Assembly: GCA_040954595.2 (NCBI GenBank) | Contig: CM082592.2 | Location: 1,798,001 to 1,862,000, forward strand | Reading direction: 5' to 3' | DNA: 64,000 nucleotides | Source of the DNA: Balanoglossus misakiensis | Lineage: Eukaryota > Animalia > Hemichordata | Shown: in pieces, positions 26,639-39,110 of the stretch | Numbering within the stretch: the stretch's first letter is position 1 | How the letters are laid out: the number at the start of each line of letters is the position of its first letter | The notes under the pieces: generated by a model | Told to the model about the DNA's origin: nothing | Seen by the model: only the letters and a program-made list of their open reading frames with translations | Databases searched by the model: none | Made by a program: the position numbers and the translations under genes

Positions 26639-27366
26639 GGTGGCATTGCATGAATAGTTGTGATTTTTGCCAAATTTTACTTTTTTACATAAATCGGTAG
26701 GCCTAGTACTGACCCACATCCTGACTAATACGTCTTGGCGGAAATGGTGCATAATCACCCCAAAATAGCACTTTTCTGAATGAGTTTACAGCTTAACAAA
26801 TAGGTGTCAACAATGCAAATGGCCGTTTTTCTCAGTTTGCATTTTCCCTGTTCTTGACAACTTCAGACGAAAATAGCTTCGCTCTGCGTTGGCCGAATTT
26901 GCTCAAATTTTAACTGGGGATTGTGTATTGTGTATAAACAGTATTTTTGTTAGTCGATAAATTGTCCCTGGCGGGAATAAACTCTGATTCAATACAACTC
27001 ACCGTGAATTTGATCAAATTTTACTAAAAATCTAACTTTCAAACGCTGTTACTCCTCAATTGAAGCAGATAACGCAAAACAAAATTACCGTTTTTTTGCA
27101 CGTGTACTCTAGTTTCGAATGACATATTAAGATGCATGATGCATGGTCAACTTTTTTACCTATTTTAAATTTTATGACATAATATCAAAAAATGTTTTTT
27201 TTAACCCAAAATCACCACCATTTCCAGGGATCAATAATATTTGCAACGCAAACAAAAGTTCAAAAACTCGGCTTCCAGAATATATATGGTTTATGGGGGT
27301 TTTAACGTTGTCTTTGATGAGAAATAGGCCTTTGAAAAAGTCTCGACGGTTTCATGCAATGCCACC
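26639..27366. mobile_element. Kolobok-like non-autonomous element; mirrored at 49,167-49,901
   Basis: 16-bp TIR ggtggcattgcatgaa, TTAA on both sides, RR..YY termini. Confidence 0.8.
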
Positions 27367-30300
27367 TTAAGGCTGGTAGCATTTTCAATGATATAAGCCT
27401 TGCCTTCACTATAATCTATTTTTTTTATCTTACACTTTAATCAACACTGTTCAGTTTATGCGATTGACTTCAAAGGGACACTACTTACATCACTATTCCC
27501 AGCTAGGGGTTCCAGTTTATTTGGCCAATGGTATGCATGACTCTAGGTGTTAGTTTTGGAAGCAAAGCAGACAGACATAGACTAGGTAGTTCTGAATGTG
27601 ACCATGGACTGTACCACACACTCTGTATTGTATGTTTGTGAAGAATCCCATTTAACCCAAACATCAACATATTTCAAAGTTGCCAGAAGTAGAACATACA
27701 GGATTTACCAGTAAATATTGGTCAGGTTATAACACACTGTGGACCCATCTGGGGATTACACAAAATTAGTTGTGTACACGAAAAAAAAATCACAACTGAC
27801 ATTGGCAAGCAGATATGACCTACTGTAATAAAATTTCAAAGGAATCTGACAAGTATTTTCAGCAAAAATAATATGTGTTCAACAATGACAAAAACTGCCT
27901 CAAACCACAAAAATTCAATATCAACAAATTGTACAATATCTTACTTCAATCACCACCAGGAACATGCCAACCAAAGTTGGAAGCAATCTGACAAGTGGTT
28001 TCACAGAATATAAATTCCAAAAATTGCCTCAAGACCACAAATGTACAAATTTCACCAAAATGATGCAACATTACGAGGGTTACCACTTTACCACTTGGAA
28101 CAAGAATACCAAACTTTAAAAGCAATCTAGCAAGGAGTCTCAGAGAAAATGATTTTTGGCCAAAAATCGTGTCAAGGACACAGTGGTCCCATTGAGGTAT
28201 TACACAAGAAAAAGTCTACACCGGAGTACATGGCCAAATACAGACAGACAGACACACACACACACACATATAACGAGAGATCAATGGGCAAGCACTGACT
28301 GACCAAAGAGCTGCCAATGGCATATGTACTACATACATACACTAAATAGAACAGCTGGCCTCTTTATAAACTTACCCAGTTTTGTAATCATTCAGGAATT
28401 TGCTGTGTATACATAAATCACACTGAGGGGGCTTCCTGCCTAATTAAAACAACTCAATCAAGTAAATACACACCACTTTGCAAAGCAATCTGACCAGTAG
28501 TTCTTTAGTTACTGAGTTTTGACCAATTCATGTTTCCAGCTAATTAGCATATTTTCGGCAATGACAACTTGATTTGATCAAACTCCCATCTACAGCCCAG
28601 CCTGCATCTGCACATCAAATATCAATGTGATACACGCAGCGGTTTTCAAGTTTTTGATGTGGACGGACATACAGACATACATCCATCCACCCATACATAC
28701 AGACGCAACCGATCCCATAAAATGGCAAAAATTGCCCCCAAATGAAAAGTTGCCACAATTCACGATATTAGCTCAAAGTATATCGGGCATGACATAAGCT
28801 ACATGCATACAAATGTTTAAAGTAATCTGACCAGTTGTTGAGTTTCTGAATTTTGATCAATTTAACATTTTACCAGGTAACTTCATTTGAACCGTATACA
28901 GACCGGCCTGCACCTACCCACCAAATATTCAGGTGATACTAGGCCTCAAACTTTTTTTTGCCCATTTTTTTTACCTACCCATGCCAAGTTCACTTTTTTT
29001 TCAGTGCAGAACGTCATTTACATGTGTGGTACTATGTAACCTTCTACCAAGGGCTCTAATATTAAACCGTTTTAATTTTTGGAATTAAAAATGGCCTCAC
29101 ACAATATATTTCCCAGGGCTGACCAAATTCAGAATTTCAGTTTCAGATCTATAAGTTTTAGAAAATGGTTACTGTTTGTTCAAAACATCCTAAAACATCT
29201 CAGATTTAGTATCCTGTGTTATACTGCTATATTAAATGGTGATGGAATTCATTGTGTATTTATATCAAATCACACCAGTGCAATGTATGAGAGATGCATT
29301 TTAAAAGAAAAAAAATGGTGCACCAGTAGAAGTTATGAGATAAATTCATTTTTAAAACAAATATCAGCATTCAGGATCAGCTGAAATGTTTTGATGAAAA
29401 GTTTTCCCTTTTGAAGTATATCCTGTTATGTACTGACTATAGTATTGTAGGTGCCAAGTTAGCAAAGGGAGAAATGAGCATTAAAATACTAATTCACAAA
29501 ACCAAAAAATATGTACAAAGCATACATAGCAGAAAATACTACAGCACATGAAATACTGTTGGAGTCCAATATCCACATATTTCCAACAGGCGATAACAAT
29601 AACTGAATGTCCAAGTATTGTTTGACCATGGCAGTACACTGTAACACATGCAACTGTTCATTGTATTTGTACTTTCATCAACTCTGAATAAAAGCTTGAA
29701 AAACTCACAAAAACATGAAACATTCTTCCAAATTATTACAGTTGACTGTTCTTGAGACACTAATACATCATTTCATCTCAATAATAGAAGTGGATGTCAA
29801 CGATTGAACACTTTTAACAAAAAGTTACAAACCTACTCATAGCAGCCAAGTTTAGCAAAGAGAAGGGTTGTATCTCTTTGCTTCATGAGGGCCCTGTACA
29901 CCTGGTCAAGGTTCACATTATGCAAATACGTACTGGACAGTCATTGGAAGAGCAGCACTTTCAATAAATTATCAGTAAGCAAAGAACTGTCTTTGTATCA
30001 ATCTATCAGAAAATCACAAAATCCGGGTCACATAGCGAAATACATGAATTATTCAAACAGACAGTTCAATCATATACTTTCCCCAGTTAATGGGAGCACA
30101 GCAGTTGTAAACATAGTATTTGAAATAAATTAAAATAGTCATTGCTCTCTGGTTCATCATGGAGGTAGTAGACTCCTGACAGTGTCATTGTCTTTCCTTT
30201 CCCACTTCGATGGCACACTGAGTACAAATTTCCTTCTAAGTGTGTGTAAACTTAAACTTTTATAAGACTCATGTTTATTCTATCAGACAAACTTCAGAAG

Positions 30301-30969
30301 AACATAAGTATGAACAAAGCTGTAATTTATGCAAATGTAACCGAGCTTTATTTAGACACACTTACGCAGTGAGCATGGCCTGGGCACTGTGGAAGGGGTC
30401 TGGTAGGGTTCACCAATGCGCGCGTATTGGCTGCTCCTAATTTACATATCAATCACTGAGTCAGTAGTTCAATGAACTTTATAGTCTCACATGCATTTTT
30501 AGATCACGTAACCCTGCTAGTGCGTTGACGGCCAATTATATCTTCGATAATATAAAATTTAAAAACGGCACACAAAGACACACAACTTTGTTTTTTCTTC
30601 AAATCTGTCTTTCTAAATTCATGCTAACCCGGTGGACCCAGACCAGCTGTTTTCATGCTGGACCAGTAATTTGATAAAGAAGCAGACCCAATGTCCTGCT
30701 GTTAATAGAGAGGGGGGTGGCAATTTTTAAGTTTCTGACCCTATACTGCTAAATTCTCAAATAATCAAAGCCCAAAATTTAGATAAAATGAAAACTGAAC
30801 AGATCGATCAGCAAAATCAACTTGGCGAAAGCCTTTAAAGCTAAGCATCTCTGGCGACTTGCGAGAGTGGTGGCGCTAGTCTACATCCCCATATGTTATG
30901 CATTGGTGGTAGATTCGAGATCTCGTTTATTCAAAATGGATTCCTTGTTTTGATGGGCTTTATGCGTGA

Positions 30970-31370
30970 GTCAAACATGTACAGATATTTAAATATTGAG
31001 GCACCAGCAGCGAAAAAGAAGCGATCAACAGAATATCGCTGTGCTGCAAACAAAGTCTTCGATGCACAGAAATGGGAAAGGAAGTTTCAAGAGGCTTGGG
31101 AAAAAGATTTTCCATGGCTAATACACGATCCCGGTAAGCGTGATGAACACATCTCCAAAATGTTCTGCCAGTCTTGCAGTGTGTAGTGTGTACGTCCGCT
31201 GGTTGTTAACAAGCGACAGTCTGGAATTCTTGATAAGTACACAAAATATGCAGCAGGTCCTTTCGTAACTTGGTGTACCAACATGAAAAGGAGTTTTATC
31301 GAGCCATGCGTTATCTGAGGGGCACAAACAAGCCATTGCAAACATCGCTCATAGAACCGGTGGGCCGGCA
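30970..31370 (+). pseudogene. hAT/ZNF862-like N-terminal TTF-type zinc-finger remnant; mirrored at ~45,620-46,020
   Basis: RKFQEAWEKDFPWL..MFCQSC followed by a frameshifted GPFVT.CTNMK segment. Confidence 0.6.
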
Positions 31371-31374
31371 TTAA

Positions 31375-31561
31375 AGGTATACAGTCACCTCCCATTTACA
31401 TACGCCCATATTTGGCTGAAATGGCGTATTTGAGCGTTCCAAAGAACATATGATGGCGCTCTTTTTTCCGCGTGTGCCATCCAGTGAAAATCAGCGATTG
31501 GCTAGATCTCAAGTTTACAAATGGTAACTGTAGCTAAATTTCCATAGGTGACCGTATACCT
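31375..31561. mobile_element. Kolobok-like MITE (187 bp); mirrored at 45,430-45,616
   Basis: TIR aggtatacagtcacct / aggtgaccgtatacct with TTAA flanks. Confidence 0.8.
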
Positions 31562-31565
31562 TTAA

Positions 31566-32069
31566 AGGCACGTAAGCTGTAACTTTTGGGATAATTTTCA
31601 TAATTTTTGTTTCAAATTGCACTACCATTAGTCCATACAGATGAAGGCAGTGAACTATACACGAGCATTATAAACCCTAAATATGAGTGCATATGCAAGT
31701 TTTAACCAGATAAATAATAAAGCTTTGCCGCAAGCGATTATGGCCGCCACCGTGGGAAAATGCAAGAAACAATGAAAATGTTGCATTTCCGGTTGTGTAA
31801 CTTCATAAACAAAACATGATCTCATCCACTTGAGCTCATGGAAGTAAATGTACACCACTGAGACATCAGATTTTCATTTTTCATTGCAATATTGCACTTT
31901 TTTTAAAATTGCAGGAATTTTCGTTTTTCTTTAATTTTTGGCCATTTTGTCATAAATAAGAGTTGAGCTTGATATATTATCATGAAATATCATTTAATAG
32001 ACATAATTAAAAGCATATATGAGATTATTTAAAACTTTAATTTTTTATCCAGTTGCAGCTTACGTGCCT
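31566..32069. mobile_element. Kolobok-like MITE (~500 bp); mirrored at 44,914-45,425
   Basis: TIR aggcacgtaagctg(t/c)aact with TTAA flanks; the left TTAA is shared with the preceding MITE. Confidence 0.8.
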
Positions 32070-34934
32070 TTAAGCTCGAGGCCTGGATACGCGAAGTGGT
32101 TTTCAAGTTTTTGATGTGGACGGACATCAAACCATCCATCCAAACAGAAGCAACTGACTGGTTAGAAAGCATGAGCAAAAAATGGGGCAATCAAATGTTG
32201 TATCAAGACATTTGATATAACAGGAGTTTGATGATAATCATTCAGAGAAGCAAATTTTGAAAATGTAAAATTAATATCAATCACATGAAAACTGACAGCA
32301 TTCTTATATTTGGAAATTTAGGTATTGTAATTAACACTAACAGTCATGAAACTTTAGAATTGTCAATAAAATCATACAGCATAATTTAATTGGGTTTCTA
32401 TTTATATGCAATGTGAAAATGCAACTGGTGATCCTTCGACCAGTAAGAGGCATCAGATTAATTCGACAGACCCAGTTGCCCGGTCAATTAGGTCTTTGCA
32501 CTCATTCCAGCCGTGCCCCACACTAAAACTGAGCAGGTTGGACCAGTCACACCTCCCTTAAATAATCCTATTGTTCCCAATGTTTATCTCGTCAATATAT
32601 CTATTGCATGCTTTTAGCACCTTTTCTCAGGTTCTTGAAGCTGGTTGGTTAAAATTGGCTGTTCTGGCCATCTTGATAACCACCTTTGAAATAATTGGGT
32701 AGGTGACTTGGAAGGAAAGATTGTAATTAACATCTTATTGGCAGTTTCGCGAACACAACAGGACATTGCAAACTACAAGTTTTCGGTAGGTGGTAAAGTT
32801 GAGGCCCGTGATGACTGTAACTGGTGGGTAAAGGGTGCAGTTAAGGAAATAGTTGGAGCTGAAGGACTGCATTCTCATATTTGGAAATTTAGGTATTGTA
32901 ATTAACACTAACAGTCATGAAACTTTTGAATTGTCAATAAAATTACACTGCATAATTTAATTGGGTTTTTGTTTATATGCGATGTGAAAATGCAACTGGT
33001 GGTCCTTCAGCCGGTAAGAGGCATCAGATTAATTTGACAGACCTGGTTGCCCAGTTGATTAGGTCTTTGAATTGTGAGAAGTGCGGGTTTTGGTATCTGA
33101 ATCCGAGAAGCGCCTGTTTTGGTGACTAAATTCTCATTTACAGGATACGGAAGAAACCAGAATCACTCAAGGTACATTAATGATGTATGCAGGCTAACAA
33201 TCAGAATACAGAGGATAGTTCTCCATATTCATATTTAAATACAATAAGATTCACTGAAATTGGTAGGTCCGTGGGCAGGCAAAATCATTTCCAACTCGGC
33301 TTGCAAATCAGGCCCATGTCTCTTGTTCCCCCATACAGTCTGGTTCTAATAATAGCTGTAAGAACGTGATTGTTGACCGAACTGTTGGCTCAATTTTGCA
33401 ACATTTTATAATTTCAAGCTGTGTTTCAACTTTGGTTGGAGGAATAATGATGAAGCCATTTCACTGACACAATAGCGCTAAGAATGGACGTCAATATTTG
33501 TTTACAGTTAAATGCATTGCCATCAGAAAAATGCATCTGAAAAATTTCTTATGCAAACTCTCTCACAGTTGTGAATTCTAAGCACATTCATTCATTTGGT
33601 AGAATTCATGTTTTAAATGGTTACCTCAGAGTAACTGTAAAATTTGATCATCAAATACTTGAAATGACTCACAAATTATACGGCAAAACTTCATAAAGCA
33701 TAAATAATACTCACTGAAACGCCATGCAACCCAAGTTTGCAGGCCATCTCCACAGCATGATTGAATCCCAAGCACATACACAAATCATATCACATAATGT
33801 TGTAAGTTCCTTTCACTGAATACACACATGGAGGTTCGACTTCTGGGATATAACTGTCTTGAATTAATGTGTAAGTAATTCCATACAAATCCATACGATT
33901 ACCTGGATGAACACAAGTTAATTCAAAATAAATACATTAGAATAATGACCCGGACAGAATCAACAATGACCAACACATTTTTTTTTACAAAGTCGCATCA
34001 GCCCCGGCCGGGTGAAGAGTTCACATGAGAAATTAAATATTATTCCGATTATTTCTAATTCCGTCTTCAAACGCACGAAGGTACATATTTCCATTATTTA
34101 CTGTAGTCATAACTCTGTTTTCGCAACATTGATGCCGGCGTCTGTGGATATTTCTACAGTCAAAAACCATTACAGGATCGCGATTACACACATTAAACAT
34201 CGTGAACGCCTCCCGCCCGGGTCTGTTTCAAAGTCAAACCGCGTGCGGAGTAAATGTTGTTGATAAATGTTGTCGTTTTTTTGCGAAGACAATATTTAAA
34301 AGACCAGTTTTCTGAGAGGCACTTGCCAACTATTCTTAATACCTCGTACACACGGACACAATATTGTTAAAAATTACCCACCTTTGAATTTTTTGTAGCT
34401 GTACGTACATCGACCAAGCAAAATCCATCGCGTGAGTTCTAGAATCAAACCTCATGACGTCACACTGACCTTTGCCCATATATCCTCGTTCATAACGTAT
34501 ATTTATTTTGAGGAAGAAGTCGGCCGGCCAGCCGCAACTTTTATCAACTAATCAGGGCAGTTGTAAGGTTTTGATACAAATTACGTCTGTCAAGTGTTCA
34601 AATCGTTAAATAACCGGTCAAACTAAGTTGTCGAACGATGATATGCGTGCAGCACCGGACGTCGCTTGCATAAGCCAAAACTGGGATAGGCGTACAATTA
34701 TGGCGCTCAAATGGGGCCAAAATTCAAATCGCCATTTCACTCAACTCAAATCGAAATTTCACTCGACTCAAATCAGCATTTCGTGAGAGTCAACAACATT
34801 TCAGTCAACTCAAATCGCAATTTCACTCAAATCGCAATTGCCATTCTGTGATTTTGTAAAATAATTTCTTTCGTGCGTTTTGACAGGCGAAGTATTCTGT
34901 TTTGGGGATTACTTTCCGCAAATGGGTAGGGTTA

Positions 34935-35365
34935 CAATCCGTGGCACATTTCGGCCAACCAATAAACCGATTTGCAACTTCAAAAAAGGAAATTGAAAAA
35001 AATGCTAAATGTCAATTTTCAAATTGTTTCTTCATCTTGATTATTACATTTTAGGCCTATTTTCAGCCCCCCCCCCTTTCATTAGGATAAAGAGATATTT
35101 GGTAAATTGAAAATTGGGAAAACGGAAATAGTGCATTGTTGGAAATGACGTTCGTCGGAGGGAAATTTGAATGGCCGCAAAGTGCCATCCTCACAGCAGT
35201 ATATACCAATTTCCCATTTGTCAATCTCAGACGAAGAATATGTAGTTAGAAAATAGGCCTAAAATTTAATAATCAAGATGAAGAATTGACATTTAGCATT
35301 TTTTCTATTTCCTTTTTTGAAGTTGCAAATCGGTTTATTGGTTGGCCGAAATGTACCACGGATTG
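34935..35365. mobile_element. MITE with ~120-bp TIRs and 4-bp TSD; mirrored at 41,623-42,055
   Basis: caatccgtgg...ccacggattg flanked by GTTA on both sides. Confidence 0.8.
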
Positions 35366-35384
35366 GTTACAAGCAGTAATTATT

Positions 35385-37557
35385 TAAGCAATAACCCCCG
35401 CCGAAGGCGGGTATACACGAGATTTTGGTACAATTCGCGACATATAGCATGAGCCGATAGGCGAGTGCTATATGGAGCGAATTGTACCAAAATCGAGTGT
35501 ATACCCGACTTCGGCGGGGGTTATTGCTATTATATTATATCAAAATATGTGTCTATACCGTTGTAATCCGATTCTCCGGTTATTTTACGCCTGAAAAAGC
35601 AAGTCACAGCTTCGAGAAATACATCGTCAGAAATATTGGACCTGGGACCGAGCATATTTATACCTGTCACATCGCCAACACACAGCGTACCCGGCACACA
35701 CACTGCATGAATACAACCGTACAAAACACATTACACTGCATTGCATTGACAAATAACTTTATTTACATAGAGTTCAAAACGATAACTTGTCGAAAAATAG
35801 CAACACATGAACAAGAAATGGGGCAAGAGGTCAAATCAAAGCCCGTTATCAAACAAAGTATCAATTTAAAGCTAGAGTCAAGTACGTTGCGTTGCGGCGC
35901 ACCCTCGTCCACCGTACGCTACTTATCGTGAACAATTTGAACATTAACAGGACCAGAAAACGTACAATTTTGAAATAATCCAGAAGCAGCATGACTTGAT
36001 CTATGATTGAACGTTAGTTGCGTGTTGCTCGATTCAGAGAGAGCGGGACGCTGATACTGATCGTCGTTGCATCGGATGTCAGCCGTGGCCAAGGGTGTTG
36101 GAGCTTCAGGTCCGATGTCAACAATGGTGGAAATATTTGGCCTGGTATAACCCAAACTTTCAGAAAGGATATCTGACATACCTTTGCTCTGTGGAAGTGT
36201 TAACTTATTTGTGTACGAACGAACACTAGCTTCATTTTTGTGAGCAGTGAAGTACATTATGTGTCGCGTCTCGACTCCCGCCGAATCAAGCAGAGTGCAA
36301 GCAGTTGCCCTGATACAGTGGTTTGTATACATTTGACTCAAATTTGCTGCTTCGGATATTTCTTTCATCATAGATCCAAGTTTGTTTTCGCCGAGAGGTG
36401 AGTTGCAAAACCATATATTATCTGTGTATTCAATGTCAGACTTTGGTCGGTGGAATAAAGCTGACTGCTTCGGATTGAGCTTAGAGAGATACAGTTCAAA
36501 CGCGGCTACAGGGCAATTTACGCCACCGGTTGCATGCATTTTGGCCTGTGTCTCGTAGTTGTCGTCGGAGTGATTTTTGGTTTTCTCCGATATCGCGAAC
36601 TCTACAAATTTCGTGTCACCACGTTCTACAACTCTGTAGCTTTCCCTCTTCATAGATCGGAAACCTTCGCGACCCCTCCTAGCAAAATGGAGGGTTAAAT
36701 CGAACCAAACTTTCCGCAACAACGACAGTGGGTTGTTGACGGAAAGGACGCCGCTACTCACTAGTTTTAACAAGTCCGCCCGCGTTATAGGTTGTTTGTG
36801 CTGTACCCTATCAAGGCCTTCTGATTTAAGCTGTTTTATAAGTGCCTTGAAGATGTTGTTTGCAGCTTTAAACTCTTGGTCGCGGATTATGTTTATATTC
36901 CGGTGGAAAGCTGGCGAGTTTAAATGCCGGTTGTTCGCTGCACGTAACCCGCTGAGGGCAGATTTGCCGTATCTCTCGCCGTGTTTGGTTCGTGCCTCGG
37001 CATAGAATCGACGTAGCATCGCCGCCAAATCTTCAGGTTGTTGTTTTTCAAATTCCGGGTCTAATCCCTTTTCTGCTAGCCATTCTGCAGAAAAAGATGG
37101 ACATAGAAATAATTATAGTGCAACATCCTTGTAATTTGGGATTTGTTTTAGCTTGGGGTATCGTCTGATATGCATACTCGTACACATAACGTACATAGCC
37201 TACTCACCTTTTAGTATTTTCACTCCCCAAACAGTCTGTTTTGTCGTCGCTTTCTCGTCTTTAAGAATTTCGATTTTGTCAAGCTCTTCCTCTCCAAAAC
37301 TTGCAAACCGGGACGGGATTTTTCTTTCCAATTCGGCAGTCTCATTTAAAAAATCGTCTTCCGTAAGCTCTTCCGTGTACGAAGCCATAGTTGTAGCAGA
37401 CGACAAAAAGTGACATCACTAGTCGCAGGGCATTCGTACTATGCTAGTTCAGGGGCCCGTTTTACCATTGCTAGCCATGGTAAAACAGTATTTTACCATG
37501 GCTGGAGTCAGCTCTCGTCCAATCAGAATCGCGGACGGTAGCATGATATAATATAAT
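35385..37557 (-). mobile_element. Autonomous Crypton-type tyrosine-recombinase element, copy 1
   Basis: YR gene bracketed by a 14-bp IR, attatattatatca (35529-35542) / tgatataatataat (37544-37557), plus a terminal hairpin at 35387-35528. No TSD and no RT. Confidence 0.88.
35919..37388 (-). CDS. Crypton-type tyrosine recombinase (DUF3504-like), 2 exons (37388-37208, 37084-35919), ~448 aa
   Basis: A 123-bp GT-AG intron joins the exons in frame. Catalytic set FARRGRE (R), EKTKN (K), TNHCIRAT (HxxR), HKNEASVRSY (H..Y). N-terminal LRRFYAEAR..G..Y..SAL..LRAA motif of Crypton/KCTD1-ZMYM type. Confidence 0.9.
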
Positions 37558-37670
37558 CGATATCAAATGACGTCAGACGCACTCAGGCCGGTTAGCCTAT
37601 TCAAGATTCATGTTTCAAGTTTCACGTTTCACGTTCCACGGCCCAAGATTCAGCGGTGAACTTGGATTCA

Positions 37671-38207
37671 AAAATAAAGGGCGCGAAACTGCATTTTTAT
37701 TAAACTGAAAAGCAAATTATCTCAATGTTTGGGAGGACCAATTTTATTTTTTGCCACTCCACTCAAAGTTAGAAGATTTGACGTCATCTTTGTCATGACA
37801 TCATTTATAAAACTTCTAGTATATAGAAGATGCAGCGCGAAAGTATAAGTTTTGGGAAATGGTTTAAACGATTATTCTCCTTTATGTATTTACTTTGTTA
37901 AATAATATCATCGGTGGGGTTGGGGTGGCAAGCAATCTGCGCTGGTACACTAGACAAACCAGCAAAAATCGAAATGTGGCGGAGAATGAAGGGGGTGGGT
38001 GTGGGAGGGGGTAAAATAAAGGGCGCGAAACTGCAATTTTGTGGACTCAAAAGTAAAAGTTCGGTGGCAAAAGTATGTGACCCCCCCCCCCTAAACGTTT
38101 AAAAAAACAGATGACCCCCCCTTTTGGACTTCAAAATTTAAGTGACCCCCCCCTCCCCCCTGGATTTTGCCGGGGCCCCCCTGCCGTAAAAACTGAACGG
38201 TCCCTTA
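37671..38207. mobile_element. One-ended MITE-like fragment in the palindrome spacer
   Basis: Ends ...aaaactgaacggtccctta. The body resembles ~17,220-17,525 (aaataaagggc.cgaaactgca, ctggtacactaga, gatgacccc). Confidence 0.5.
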
Positions 38208-38486
38208 GCCTAATAATTCAAGATTCACGTTTCAAGTTTCAAGATTCACGTTTCAAGTTTCACGTTTCACGGCCCAAGATTCAGCAGTGAACTTGGATTC
38301 ACGATTCACTTCTCAATTCCAACACTAAACTCATGTTCTAATTCAGATTCGAGTCTTGTCTAATATGTTTATGCTGCCGTAACCAGGGGTGCGTAGCAAA
38401 ATGTGACACAGTGAATAGCGCCCCCACACAGCAGTGGCTGGTATATGGATTTAGTGGGACGTCGTCGTCGGAGACCCTAGGCTTGA

Positions 38487-38542
38487 GATGAATGAATCTT
38501 TATTCGACCAGACCATAAAAAATAAATAAATAAATAAATACA

Positions 38543-38577
<35 letters not shown>

Positions 38578-39110
38578 GCAAACAGAGTTGAACATAAGCC
38601 AATTGTTACACAATTACAATGCGTCACAAATGTAAAACAAAAGAGTCTTTATCTGGTTTGGACCATTGAAATAGTCCCAATGGACTAATCGAGTCCACGA
38701 CCCAGGATTTAATAAATATTTAACAAATTTAATAAATTTAATAAATATAATTTTAAAGCTCCTTGAAAATTACATCTCGATTTTATTTGTTTGAGGTGAT
38801 ACGGTAGTGAATTCCAGTGTTTGACTGCAGAAAAGACAATGTTATGTTGAGTAATACTAAGTCTAGCATTCGGTATTCGAAGATTGCCACAACCAGACGA
38901 TCGAGTAGAATAGGTATGGGTAAAGATTTCAAAATAGTTGGAAATGTTTGTTGGGAAATTATTATTTAATGAATCAAAGATAAATAAACAGGAAGAGTAT
39001 TTACTGAGTTTCGGAAGAGTTAATATATTTAGTTGGCGGAATAAAGGTTCGGAGTGTGCAGTGAAGTCAGAAAACGTAATAAAAGATCGCACCATGGCCG
39101 GCAATCTCGG
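38487..39110 (-). mobile_element. L2/Crack-like LINE 3' fragment
   Basis: ORF 38709-39104: HSEPLFRQLNIL..HTYSTRS..KHWNSLP..FQGALKLYLL. 3' UTR with (TTTA)n, AATAAA and an (ATTC)n tail at ~38,490. Confidence 0.85.
38520..38577. repeat. (AAAT)n microsatellite
   Basis: Direct reading, ~14 units. Confidence 0.95.

Larger units (their letters stand above)
17426..37670 (+). repeat. Giant inverted repeat, arm 1
   Basis: Reverse complement of 39310-56579, with mirrored ORF pairs throughout (e.g. 17739/55985, 20663/53152, 29885/46399, 35919/39963). Confidence 0.97.

Noticed and set aside
32297-33070. ~200-bp direct repeats (~32,297-32,497 and ~32,868-33,070) as LTRs
   Set aside because: No TG..CA pair, PBS/PPT or TSD; looks like a local duplication in decayed sequence.
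35482-35931. 149-aa ORF antisense to the YR 3' UTR (mirror 41057-41506)
   Set aside because: Starts at a TTG inside the hairpin and has no recognisable domain; identity between copies only reflects the duplication.
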